Shown: positions 38,127 through 49,600 of the stretch, one piece after another
Layout: each line of letters begins with the position of its first letter
Numbering within the stretch: position 1 is the first letter of the stretch
IMG/VR virus record: IMGVR_UViG_3300018495_000088
Span: 45,163 to 109,162 of that record
Reading direction: 5' to 3' (one strand)
DNA from: a virus
Taxonomy: Duplodnaviria > Caudoviricetes
DNA length: 64,000 nucleotides
Notes under the pieces: generated by a model
The model's database searches: none
What the model was told of the DNA's origin: nothing
The model's input: the letters and a program-made list of their open reading frames with translations, nothing else
Program-made: the position numbers and the translations under genes

Positions 38127-38364
38127 CGAACGTCCAATGATTTTAGATATCGAAGATTTTAAGCAGCAGATAGTTGCGATAATCAATGAGGCAATGCAGG
38201 TGAAAAATATTCCCTGCTTTATACTTGAACCTATTGTGAATGAACTTGCTGCTCAGGTAAGTATGGGCGCAAAAGCTGAGCTTGAACGTGCGAGAAAGCA
38301 AGAAGCAAAGGAGAAAGCTAATGAATCTGATAGAATGTATAATGACAAACAGTCTGTGGTATAA
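38119..38364 (+). CDS. Small helical protein of the type found after tail spikes (81 aa)
   Basis: AAAGGAG RBS; overlaps both neighbours; FKQQIVAIINE...IPCFILEPIV. Confidence 0.6.
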   Translation: MNNERPMILDIEDFKQQIVAIINEAMQVKNIPCFILEPIVNELAAQVSMGAKAELERARKQEAKEKANESDRMYNDKQSVV

Positions 38365-39394
38365 ACGGACTGAACATAATAGTAAGCCCGTAGGAGTGCT
38401 TTGGCACGATACTGGTGCTGGAAATCCTAATGTTAAGCGCTATGTACAGCCTATGGAAACGGATGCGAATTATAACGAGATGATTAGAATTTTAGGTAAA
38501 AACAATAATGCTAATGACTGGAATCACGCCCAGGTAGAGAAGGGTGTCAATGCAATGATTGGTAAATTGGCAAATGGCTCGATTGGCACGGTCCAGACTG
38601 GTGACTGGGAGATGGCTCCTTGGGGTTGTTATTATAACACTAAGGGCTCTTGTAACGGATATATTAAGGTTGCGGGACAGACTGTATATCAAGGTAAACA
38701 TTGGATTCAGATAGAAATCTGCGATGACGGTTACAAGGATAAGAACTATTTTGAAAAAGTCTACAAGGAAGCTTGCGAGTTCACCGCTTATATATGCAAG
38801 ATGTTTGATATCGACCCTTATGGTACTGTTGATTTCAATGGTGTTAAGGTGCCGACAATTCTTTGCCATAATGATGCATATAAACTGAAACTTGGTAGCA
38901 ATCACGGAGATGTTTATCTGTGGTTCAAGGCAATGGGAATGGCACAGAATATGGACAAGGTAAGAGCTGACGTTGCGGCTCTTATGGGTATTGCAAAGGA
39001 GGAAAACAATATGAGTATGTTTAAGCTTGGCGACGAGGTTAAAATTAAGCCTGAGGTTACGACTTATTATAATGGGGTGACTATGCCCCAGTGGGTCAAG
39101 AAGGCTACACTTTATGTGCGTGGATTTAAGACTGAGGATAGAGTTGTAATTTCGACGCTAAAGTCTGGTGCTGTTACTGGCACTGTGTATGAGAAGGATT
39201 TGGAGTTTGCGGACGGAAGAGTTCCCGAAGCGAAAGAAGAGCCTAAGGTTGAGACTCCCAAGGTCGAAGTTCCTAGGGTTGAAATCCCTAAAGTTGAGGT
39301 TCCTGTGACGGAGCCTAAGAATGAATCGAAGATGAGTTTCATTGAATTTTTACGTGAACTTTTATCTACCATTCTGAAGATATTTCAAAAGTAA
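38321..39394 (+). CDS. Endolysin, N-acetylmuramoyl-L-alanine amidase (Amidase_2-like) with SH3-like C-terminal domain (357 aa)
   Basis: AAGGAG RBS before ATG38321; GVLWHDTGAGNP, WIQIEICDD and ILCHND..SNHGD zinc-amidase motifs; FKLGDEVKI...PQWV domain; PKVE repeats; amphipathic C-terminal helix. Confidence 0.8.
   Translation: MNLIECIMTNSLWYKRTEHNSKPVGVLWHDTGAGNPNVKRYVQPMETDANYNEMIRILGKNNNANDWNHAQVEKGVNAMIGKLANGSIGTVQTGDWEMAPWGCYYNTKGSCNGYIKVAGQTVYQGKHWIQIEICDDGYKDKNYFEKVYKEACEFTAYICKMFDIDPYGTVDFNGVKVPTILCHNDAYKLKLGSNHGDVYLWFKAMGMAQNMDKVRADVAALMGIAKEENNMSMFKLGDEVKIKPEVTTYYNGVTMPQWVKKATLYVRGFKTEDRVVISTLKSGAVTGTVYEKDLEFADGRVPEAKEEPKVETPKVEVPRVEIPKVEVPVTEPKNESKMSFIEFLRELLSTILKIFQK
38995..39013 (+). 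promoter_or_regulatory. Internal in-frame ribosome-binding site and start codon in the endolysin
   Basis: AAAGGAGG (38995-39002), 8 nt, ATG39011 in frame, exactly at the catalytic/binding domain junction. Confidence 0.6.
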
Positions 39395-39398
39395 GGAT

Positions 39399-39428
39399 GG
39401 GCCTGGCAGTAGCTGGGCCCTATTTTTT
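39399..39428 (+). terminator. Intrinsic terminator after the endolysin
   Basis: GGGCCTGGC-agta-GCTGGGCCC then TATTTTTT. Confidence 0.8.
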
Positions 39429-39457
39429 AATTAATGATTAAAAGGAGAAATACTATT

Positions 39458-39994
39458 ATGAAGATTTATGATTTTTGCGAAGAATTATCAAAGGGTGAAG
39501 TTATTATGTCTGAATTAATTGCCGTAAAAAAATATATATCATCGGCAGAAAAAATCAGACTTGCAAAAAGAGTGTTAGATTCCAGCGTCGAGTATGATCG
39601 AGGTTTGATTAAATTCGATAGTTATAAGAAGCATATGACATTTATTTTTGCTGTTATTGAAGCACACACTGATCTACGTTTTGCAGACGATTGGTCTGAA
39701 AGAATGCAGGAATATGATGTACTATGCGAAAATGAATTATTTGATGCAATTATTGATACGTTTAGAAGAGATTATCAGGTCTCCTTGGAGATACTTGATA
39801 TGATGTATAATGATATGCTTGCTGATAACTCTATTGAGGCAAGTATGGCAAAGCTGGCAACAAGTATGTCTGAGAATTTAGATGTGCTTGTAGGCGCTTT
39901 GGCTGACAAACTTGAAAATCTTGATATTGAGAAAATTATTCCAAAAGATTTGGATTTAGATAAATTAATGGGGTTGTTAAATAACCTTAAATAA
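39458..39994 (+). CDS. Acidic helical protein, possible tail assembly chaperone (178 aa)
   Basis: AAAGGAG RBS before ATG39458; two genes upstream of the TMP. Confidence 0.5.
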   Translation: MKIYDFCEELSKGEVIMSELIAVKKYISSAEKIRLAKRVLDSSVEYDRGLIKFDSYKKHMTFIFAVIEAHTDLRFADDWSERMQEYDVLCENELFDAIIDTFRRDYQVSLEILDMMYNDMLADNSIEASMAKLATSMSENLDVLVGALADKLENLDIEKIIPKDLDLDKLMGLLNNLK

Positions 39995-40014
39995 ATTATG
40001 GAGGAGTTGATGGT

Positions 40015-40593
40015 ATGGCTAAGTCTATAATTGAACGGGCGCTCAGCCAGGCTGAAAAAGAATTCTTTAAAAAGAATAGAGAAAAAGCAAAAGAGGCGTT
40101 AAAAAGAGCTGTACCTAAGGTAAAACAAGATTTGTATGATCTTATAGAAAAAGAAGTAGTAGAGAAGTATTATGACGATTACACTCCATCGAAGTATAAG
40201 CGTACAAAAAATATTTTAAATGCGTTTTATGTGTTGGATACAGCAGATGATGATGGCAATGTGGAATTTAAAATTGGATGGGATCATAGATATTTAGAAG
40301 GTCTGTATCATAGTGGATCTAAATATCATCAGTCTGGCGACGAGTGGATCGATTTTTACAGCAGGAGCGATGATGACGATAACGGTATCGTAGAAACTGG
40401 CTGGATATTTACTAATTTTATGGAAGGTATACACCCTGCATATTTCGTTGACAAGGAAACTGGGATGTTGATCAACAATTCTGTACAGGGATATCCCTCT
40501 TATTTATATTTAAGAGACGCGTTACAAAAATACTCTCGTCAAAATAAAGCAAGACAAATATTGATTAAAGAACTAAAGAAACTCTACGGATAA
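40015..40593 (+). CDS. Phage protein preceding the TMP, possible neck/tail-completion family (192 aa)
   Basis: GGAGGAG RBS; KYYDDYTPSKYKRT motif. Confidence 0.55.
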   Translation: MAKSIIERALSQAEKEFFKKNREKAKEALKRAVPKVKQDLYDLIEKEVVEKYYDDYTPSKYKRTKNILNAFYVLDTADDDGNVEFKIGWDHRYLEGLYHSGSKYHQSGDEWIDFYSRSDDDDNGIVETGWIFTNFMEGIHPAYFVDKETGMLINNSVQGYPSYLYLRDALQKYSRQNKARQILIKELKKLYG

Positions 40594-40606
40594 AGGAGGT
40601 GAAATT

Positions 40607-43600
40607 ATGGCAGGAAAATATGAAGACGCAATTGGTGGCGTAAATATAAACCTTAGCATCAATGAAGTTTTGGATGAAAAATCGCATAAAAAAGTCGCCG
40701 ACAAGATAGACGAAACTAAAAAGAACGCCGAGAAGCCAATAAAAATTAAGATTGATAGTGGCGAGATGGATGAACTGCTAAATCAGGAAAAAGAAATAGT
40801 TAAAACAATTAAACAGCTTGGTCGTCTTAAAGTTGATGCAAAAGGCATTTCTGGGCTGCTTAATGGTGGTATGTCCAAGGCAGATATTCAAAAAACCATA
40901 GATGCTTTAAATAGTTTGTATGAAGTACAAAATAAAATCAGACAAGTTAGCGGTAACACTAAAAGAACTGGTTCAGATTTCCTAAGCGGGTTTAGCGCCA
41001 ACGATATTAAAACAGATTTGCTTCCAAAATTACAGGAGCAATTAAGCGAGCTAAATAAGTTGGGCTTGGACAATATCGAACAGCTTAGAGAAAGAGAGCG
41101 TTTGCAGGGCCGATTATCAAAAATAACAAAAAAAGATTTAGAGCGTGCAAAAGCCAGAGTTGTCGATGGCGGAGATGCAGACTTAGAGGCGAAAGCTATT
41201 GAAAATATAGTTATTGGTCGCCGAAAAGTCGTTGAAGAGATGAAAACTAGTGGGTTGTTTAGTGAACAGGAAATTAAAGACATTGAACGACAAAACAAAG
41301 GGCTGGCCGAACAAATTGCGCTGTTGCGCTCAATTAGAGTTGCCAAGGTTAAAGATGGCGAAAAGATTGTAGTACAAAAAGACGGTGATAAGACTGTCTC
41401 ACTCGAAGAGGGAGAGCTTCCTCCTGCTAGAAAGCCTCGGGCCCAAAAGCCAAAGACAGAAACACCTCCGCCTATTGTAACAGAAAATAGCGCACTACAA
41501 CAACTCAAAAGAGATGCAGAAACCGCATCTAAAGCATTTGGCGAGGCAGAAAATAAGCTGCATGATATATATGAAGCTGAAAGAAAATTAGATGAACAAA
41601 TTGAACTCGCTGGGCTTGTTGATTATAGCGAAAAATATAAAACAGCTATTAACGCAAGAGAACAGGCTCTTTCTGGCTTGCGAGGTGGCATTTCCAAGAA
41701 GAGAGACCATGTTGCAAAAGAAATACAAGTTCGAGGCGCTGTTGGTAAGCTAAAAGACAGTGGTGCGTTATCAGATGAAGCTCTTGCTTCGATACAGAGA
41801 GATGTTCTAGAATATAATTTAGCCGTTCGCGGAAAATATGAAAAAACTACTAAAGAACAGCTGGATAAAATGTTTGCTAAGATTTTTGATAAAATCGATA
41901 AAAGCACGTTAAAACAGACGTCGGAATATCGGAATCTTGGCTGGCAGCAAGAAGAACAGGATATTAATGGTCTTTTAGCAAAAAAGAGACAACTGGCTGT
42001 CGAGCACAAGGCAGCGGCTAAAGCTTATAATGATGCCGCAGATGCAAGCTCGGAGGCTCATAAGAAACTTCATGCAGCCGAAGACGGTGATGACTCGGCA
42101 GTTAGAGCCGCCGAAGAAAAAGCAAGACTTGAGGCGGAAGCTGCGGCTGCAGAAAAGGCAAGACTTGAAGAAGAGGCAAGGTTGCGGGAAGAGACGCATC
42201 GTGCAGAGGAGGCTCGTAGAGCCGAAGAAGAGAGGTTTGCAAGGGAACGCGAAGAAGCCGAAAGACGCGCTCTTGAATTGGCGCAACAGAGGGCCGAAGA
42301 AGAAGCAAGAATTGCGGCCGAGAAAGAGAAACAATCCCCACAAAGTTCCGCAGGCACTCAACAGGAGATTAAATCTCAGGAAGAGCTGCAAAAGAAAATA
42401 GAGGATACTAATCGCATTATTAAAATTCAAAAGCAATGGCTCGAATATTTAGATCCTGTTCTTGACGACGAAAATTTCAAAACATCTGGTAAGAGAGAGG
42501 CAACAGAGCAATTAAAAAGCAAAACTCTCAACTTGTTGGATGTTCGCAGGAATCCAGACCAGTATGCGCATCTTTCGGATTATGAGATAAAAGCAGAACT
42601 TGCTCAGTCTCAAGCGTACAAAGAGGCCGAGCGTCAAGGCGTTGCATTAAGCACATTAACCAGATATCATACAGATGCGGTTTTTGTTCATGATCAGAAT
42701 ATTAAAAAACTGCAAGATGAAAGAGCTTTGCACGCTAAAATTTTAGAAGATGCCGAGAATGAACTTGAAGTTCTGCAGAAGCAGCTACAAGTAGAAACAA
42801 ATGCGGAAAAGGTTCGTAAACATAATTTCAAGCGCACAGTAAACGAAAAGCCAGGAAGATTCAGAATAAAAAAGCAAGAATCGCAAGCATATGAAACCGA
42901 ATCTGGGCAGCTGTCTTTGTTCCCCGACGCTAAAGAAGATATAGAAACAGCAGATAATCTTGCTGAGGCTAATGAAAAGGTTGCAAAGTCAAGAAAAAAA
43001 GTAAATGATGCCGTAGAAGGCACGCAGATGACAATTGACGATATTGTACCTGCGAGTGCGGAAGATGCTGCGCCCAAAGTGGAGGCCGAAGCAAAAGCAA
43101 TTGATAAGGTTGGTAAGACCGCTGAAAAGGCTGCGGGCAGCAAGAAGAAGTTCGCCAAAGCGAATAGCGAAGTGGCTGCGAGCACTACTCCTTCAATCGA
43201 AGGCTTGAAGGCCGAAGCAGACGCGATTGAAGATGTTGACGAGGCTGTAAATAGTTTTAAAACAAGATCTGGAATTGGGCCAATGTCAGGGTTCGGCAGT
43301 GAGTCCATGGATAACTTCAATCTACCCAAGGATTATTTGGGAGAAAAAGGCCAAGATGCCGTTCAAATGTTTGCAAAACTAAAGAGCGAGATTGAAGAGC
43401 TTACGGGAAAGCCTGTAACTATTGATTTTGTATCTGATGTTAACGATGAGGGTCAGCTTGAGGCCGTAGGCGCAACTCTTAAGTATGTAAACGAAGAGGC
43501 GGGTGTTACCGTCAAACAGTTTTATGACATTCAACGCAATCAAGATGGAATTTTAACAGCTGTACAATCACATGAAAAGGCGACTTTGGCAGCAAGCAAG

Positions 43601-46600
43601 GCGGCAAAGGCATTCAATACCGAAATGCAACAGAAACTTGCTCTGGAGCAGGTTAAAACCCTTGAATCGAGGATGGGTTCTCTTAAAGATACAACGGGTG
43701 AGTTTGCTCTGGCTTTACGTAACGCTCAAGTTGCCGCAAAGAAGATAGACGGCGAAGAGGGATTAAAAGAATTTAATTTAAGTTTGCGTGTTGCAGGTGA
43801 AAAGGCTAAACAGCTTAAGTCTGGACTCAAAGGACAAAATACACTCGATACCATAGCCTCTATGGAACGTGCGTTATTGACATTACCAAGCAGATTAGAT
43901 GAGGTTAAACGCCGTTTGAACGCCCTCGGTGATGTTGATGGCGCAGATGCAATCGGTGATGTTTTACGTTCAGTTAACGAAGAATATCAACAGTTTTTAA
44001 GCAGTAATAATTCTGAAGACAAGGTTAAATTGTTCAGATCTCTAACATCTTCTATGGTTTGGGCCAACGCAGAAATGCGTAATCTAAGTGGTAAAAGCGC
44101 TGAGATTAAGAGGCAGGAAACCGAGGTTGACAAAGAAGAACTTGCTAAACAAAAATTAGAAAGAGCTTCTTATATTGGCTGGTGGAAAGATGCTTTAAAC
44201 GAACAGGCCGAAGAAGAAGATAAAGTTAGAGCTCGCCAAAAGCAAGAACAGTCTTATTCTGATTGGTGGAATAAAGCTTTATTTGACCAGGAGCAGGCAG
44301 AAAAGGCAAAGGACGAAAGAGTAATTGCCGCACGTAAAAAAAGAGAAGAAGAATATGAGAAGTGGTGGCTTAAGGCACTGCACGATAGAGAGCAGGCCGA
44401 GCAGAAAAAGGCTGACGCTCCTAATCTGAATTATGGCAAGACTACTGCAAGTTCTGCGGTGCGTAAGCGAGATAATATACAAGGCGAAATTGATGCGCTC
44501 GGTGTAATTAATCCTGAGATTTTAGCCAAAATAGATGCTTATAAGGCTAAAGTTAAAGAGGTTGTTGATTTAAGAGATAAATTTGCAGGCGACTCCAGTG
44601 TGGCAAAAGACCCAGAGTTAGTTAAGCAATTCCAAAAGGCGTCCGCCGAGGCGGAGCGTGCTCGCAGAGGTATTAAGGCTGTAATAGACGAAGAACAGAA
44701 GATGATTCAGATGTCTGAGGAGCAAGGATTTTTTCCTAAGGATTTAGCCCCCGATCAAATGTCTGATCTCCAGGACACAATGCTTAAGTTAGTTAAAACT
44801 ACGTCCCAAGGAAGAGTTGAGATTAAGGGCTGGAACGATGATAATACAAAATTGTATTATACCGTCACAGATTCCAAGGGCGCCGTTGAAGAAATGACTA
44901 TGGCTCTTGGCCAAGGTACCAACAGATTATATCAATATCGCACAGCTACCAAAGAAACAGGAACCTTATTTGAACAGGTTTTTAAGGGCATTAAGGTTAA
45001 AGCTAAAGAACTCCTTTCGTTTGTTATTGGTGGCGGAAGTGTTTATAAAGTTATTGAGTTATTCAGACAGGGCATTCAGTATGTAAGAGAGATTGACCTT
45101 GCGTTGACTGAGCTCAAGAAGGTAACAGATGAGACAGAAGAAAGTTATGATAGATTCTTAGAGACTGCGGCGAAGACTGGTGCTAGACTTGGCACTACGA
45201 TTTCTGCGGTAACTGAGGCGACAGCGACATTTGCTAAACTTGGATATACCATGGAGCAGGCTACTGAAATGGCTGAGTCTGCGATTGTATATAAGAATGT
45301 TGGTGACAACATCGCAAGCACTGAGGATGCTGCAGACAGTATTATCAGTACAATGAAGGGCTTTAGACTTGAAGCATCTGAGTCTATGGCTATCGTGGAT
45401 AGATTCAATGAGGTAGGCAACCGCTTTGCGATCACTTCTCAGGGCATTGGCGAGGCATTGAGACTTTCTGCTAGTGCTTTGAGCGAGGGCGGAAACTCTC
45501 TTGACGAATCTATTGCGCTTATCGCAGCGGCCAACGAGGTAGTAAACGACCCTTCGAGTGTAGGTACTGCGCTTAAGACCTTAACTTTGAGGCTTAGAGG
45601 TTCTAAAACAGAACTCGAAGAAATGGGCGAAGATGTAACCGATATGGCTACAACAACTTCCCAGCTCCAAGCGAAATTATTAGCTCTAACTGGTGGACAA
45701 GTTGACATCATGTTAGATGAAAATACATTTAAGAATTCTACTCAGATTCTTAGAGAGATGGCAGAAGCATGGGAGGATATGAATGATATCCAACGTGCAT
45801 CGGCTCTCGAATTAATGGGTGGCAAACGTCAAGCCAATGTTCTTTCCGCCCTCATCCAAAACTTCGACACGGTAGAAAAAGCAATCGAAACCTCCGCTAA
45901 CAGCGCGGGTTCGGCACTAAAAGAGAACGAACGCTACCTTGATTCTATCCAAGGTAAGATTGACCAATTCAACAACGCTCTCCAGTCTATGTGGAGCGGT
46001 ACGCTTGATAGTGGCCTGGTTAAATGGTTTGTAAATCTGGGTACTGAGCTTGTTAAGGTAGTGGATACACTTGGATTAATCCCAAGTATCTTATTATCTA
46101 TTGGGTCATTTAAGATACTTCAATCGCTTTTTAAAGGTACAGATATTATCGGTTTTATAAAGAGTATCGGTGCTTTGACAATGGGAACTAAGGTCTTTGA
46201 GGCAGAAACAAGAAAAGCTTCTTTTGCTCTTATAGGTGAAACAATTAACACCAAACTTGCGGGGTCTGCACTTGTTGAGTATGCAGTTAAGATGAAACTA
46301 GCTAAAGCTGCAGACATTTCTAAAATGACAACGACTCAGCTTCTAGGTCTAAGCTTCAAAGCCTTGGGTGTTGCGATATTAGATGCAACCAAAGCCGTTC
46401 TTGCATTCTTGTTTACAAACCCTGTTGGTTGGATAATTCTTGCAATTGGCGCTATTGCTGGTGGCGTTGCAATATTCAATCACTTCCATAAAACTACAGA
46501 AGAACTCACCGAGGAATTAGGTGAACTCAAAAACGAACTTCGAGATATTCAAGGTGAGTTAGAGTCTCTTAACTCTGAACTAGAGACAACAGAGTCACGT

Positions 46601-49600
46601 ATGGCAGAGCTTCTTGCAATGGATAGCTTGTCGTTTGCGGAAAAAGAAGAACTTGATAGATTGCGCAAACAAAATGATGAACTGCAAAGAAGCATAGATT
46701 TAAACGAGCAAAAACAAAAGAACGCCCAAAGAGCTGCCGAAAAGACTTTTGTCCAAGTAGCTGAATCTATAGTTGATAAAGATACTTACGACTATGGCGG
46801 CAAGCGTGGATTCTGGGATAAATTATTTGGCTCTCAAGCACAAGCTTACGGTCAGAGTATGAGCGCCGATGAATATATCGACGCGATGATGGTCGAATAC
46901 GACAAGCATCTGGAATATCAAAAGGATCAAGAAGCCAATGGTTATAACTGGTGGACTGCGAAAGACCCCAAGGCTAATCCCGAGAAATATGCAGGACAAA
47001 TACAAGATTATATTGATCAGCTTACAGAGGCTGCGGACGGCATTGATTATGATACCGCTGGTACGGCAACGAAAGAATGGTTAGATTATATTTATAATCT
47101 TGAAGATAAATGGGCGATTCACCAGGGCGGAGAGAACGCCAAAACAAATGCTATAACGCGCATCTTTAATAAAGATGAATTTGAGGGCGTTTCAGAAGAA
47201 ATTGACAGTCTTGTAAAAAAATATAAGGCTACTGGGGATGCAACAATATTAGATCAAATTGGCATTCAGGCAAGTAAAGCAAAAGAGGATCTTGATGCAG
47301 TCGGATTGTCTGTTGATAATGTAGTTGACTATTTTACACTTGAAAGCAACGGGCCTAATTTAAGTACGATTGAGGGCATTACTGAAGTTTACCAAGATGG
47401 TATTAATATATTAGGAAAATATAAAAATGCTAGAGACGAGATTCTTGGTCAAGATGAGAATGGCGAAAACATTACGTGGAACAATCTCTTTACGACAGAC
47501 GAAGATGGTAAAAAAGTTGCCGACAACTTAAAGATCGCGTCTATACTTGAAGGTTCCGATGAGGCTATTCGACAAGAATTCACCAAGATGGTTGAGGCTG
47601 TTGAGAATGGCGAAATGGAAGTAGATGCAGCTCTTGCCAAGTGGAATGTATCTGGTTTCGGTAAAGTTTTAGACAATCTTAACAACGAATTTGAGTCAGT
47701 CAATAACGAAATGTTCGCAAATATCGCGGACGACATTCATGGCTTAATTGATACGGTAAGTGAACTCCAGTCGGCGCTTGAGGATGTAGCAGGTACCATA
47801 GATTTGTTGAGTGTCGCAGAAGAACAGATGGCTAATAGTGGCCAAATTTCTGTTAAAACAGCCCTCGACCTAATGGAAACTACCGATGACTACAGCAAGG
47901 TTGTAACTGTTCAAAACGGAGTGCTTAAATTAGCTACGGGTGCCCAAGAGTATTTAACTCAGTCAAAATTTAATTCAATTAAAACTCAATTAGAAGCCAG
48001 TGCTGCATTAGCGGAAAACACATATCAGACTGCATTAGCATCTAATACCGAATTGGATTATGCCGACAATGCAAATGTTGTAATGACAGCAGAAAGTATT
48101 AAAGCAGAGGCAATCGGCAGAGTTTCGGCTGTCGTAGTAGCCCTAGGTGCCGCTATGGATGAGATTATGGCTGGCAACTTCGGCTCGGCTTTTTCTTCAT
48201 TCGGAAGTACATATAAATCTGCTACCGCTACTGTTGTTGCACAATCTAATGCGATGAAAACATCCATCGCTGAATTGCAGCGAGACGCTGAAAATAAAAG
48301 AGCATTGGCCGATGTATATTCTTTCGCCGATGATTATGAGAGTTTCAAAAATAATTATGACTTCGATAAAACTCCTGGCGATAAGTATGACGACGACAAA
48401 GATGCAGCACTAGATGCCTTCCAGAGAGCGATGGATTACTGGGAGAATCGTATCGCCGCTAACCAAGCGAGGTATGACCAGCTTCAAAATGACATCGATT
48501 TACTGGAATCTAAGAATCAAAAAGCAAGTACTGAATATTACAAAGAGCAGATTGGATTATTACAAGAATTTAACGACAAAGGCGTACTAGTAGGTGGTAC
48601 GATGCACCTTCTTGCACAGAAGAGATCAGAGGCTTATACTTATCTGAAATCTCTACAAGAAGGTAGCGAAGAATGGTGGGAAGTGGCCAATGTTATTAAT
48701 GACATTGAGTCAGAAATAGACGAAGTCACTGCATCCGTCGTTGACCTACAGGATGCAATGGCGGAAACCGAATGGTATAAATATGAGGAATTCGGCAACC
48801 GTCTTGATGATATCACAAGCAAGCTTGAGACGATTCGAAATCTCATCGCACCCAATGGCGAAGAAGATTGGTTTGATGATGAGGGAAACTGGAACGAGGC
48901 TGGAGTTGCATATTTGGGATCATATATACAAGATCTTGCAGATTTTAACGAAGGTCTGGCGAGAGCAAAAGAAGAATATGCAAAATACACCGAAGAATAT
49001 GCGGGGAATGAAGGCTATTATGCGAATCTCGGCATCCACTCTGAGCAAGAATTATATGACAAGCGAGAAGAACTAATAGAGCAACAATACGACTACGCCG
49101 AGTCTATTAACGACACTGAGCAGTCTGTTATTGATATGTATGAAAGCAACATTGATGCTATAGAAGAATATACAGACAAACTTGTTGATAGTTACAATGA
49201 TTACATTGACAGCGTGAAAGAGGCGCTTGATGCTGAAAGAGATTTGTACAATTTTAAGAAGAATGTTCAAAAGCAGACAAAAGATATTGCAGCCATTGAA
49301 CGTCGTATAGCAAGCTTGTCGGGTTCAACTAACGCTTCAGATATTGCAGAGCGCAGACGACTTGAAGCAGACTTGTATGGAGCTAGAGAAGAGCTTGATG
49401 ATACATATTACGAACACGCAAAAGAAACTCAGCAAGAAGCGCTTGATAATGAGGCGGAAGCATACGAAGAAACTATGAATAGATTCATAGAGGGGCTTCG
49501 TTTGGGTCTCGACCAAGCTACGGTTAATATGGATGAGTTCTTGATGAGCGTAACCTCTATGGTAACTTTAAATGCAAATACGGTACTTGCTAAGTATGAA

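Noticed and set aside
39458-40606. Frameshifted tail-assembly-chaperone pair, or a tyrosine recombinase before the TMP as in SPbeta
   Set aside because: No slippery heptamer near the first gene's stop, each gene has its own RBS, and no R-H-x-x-R-Y recombinase motifs are present
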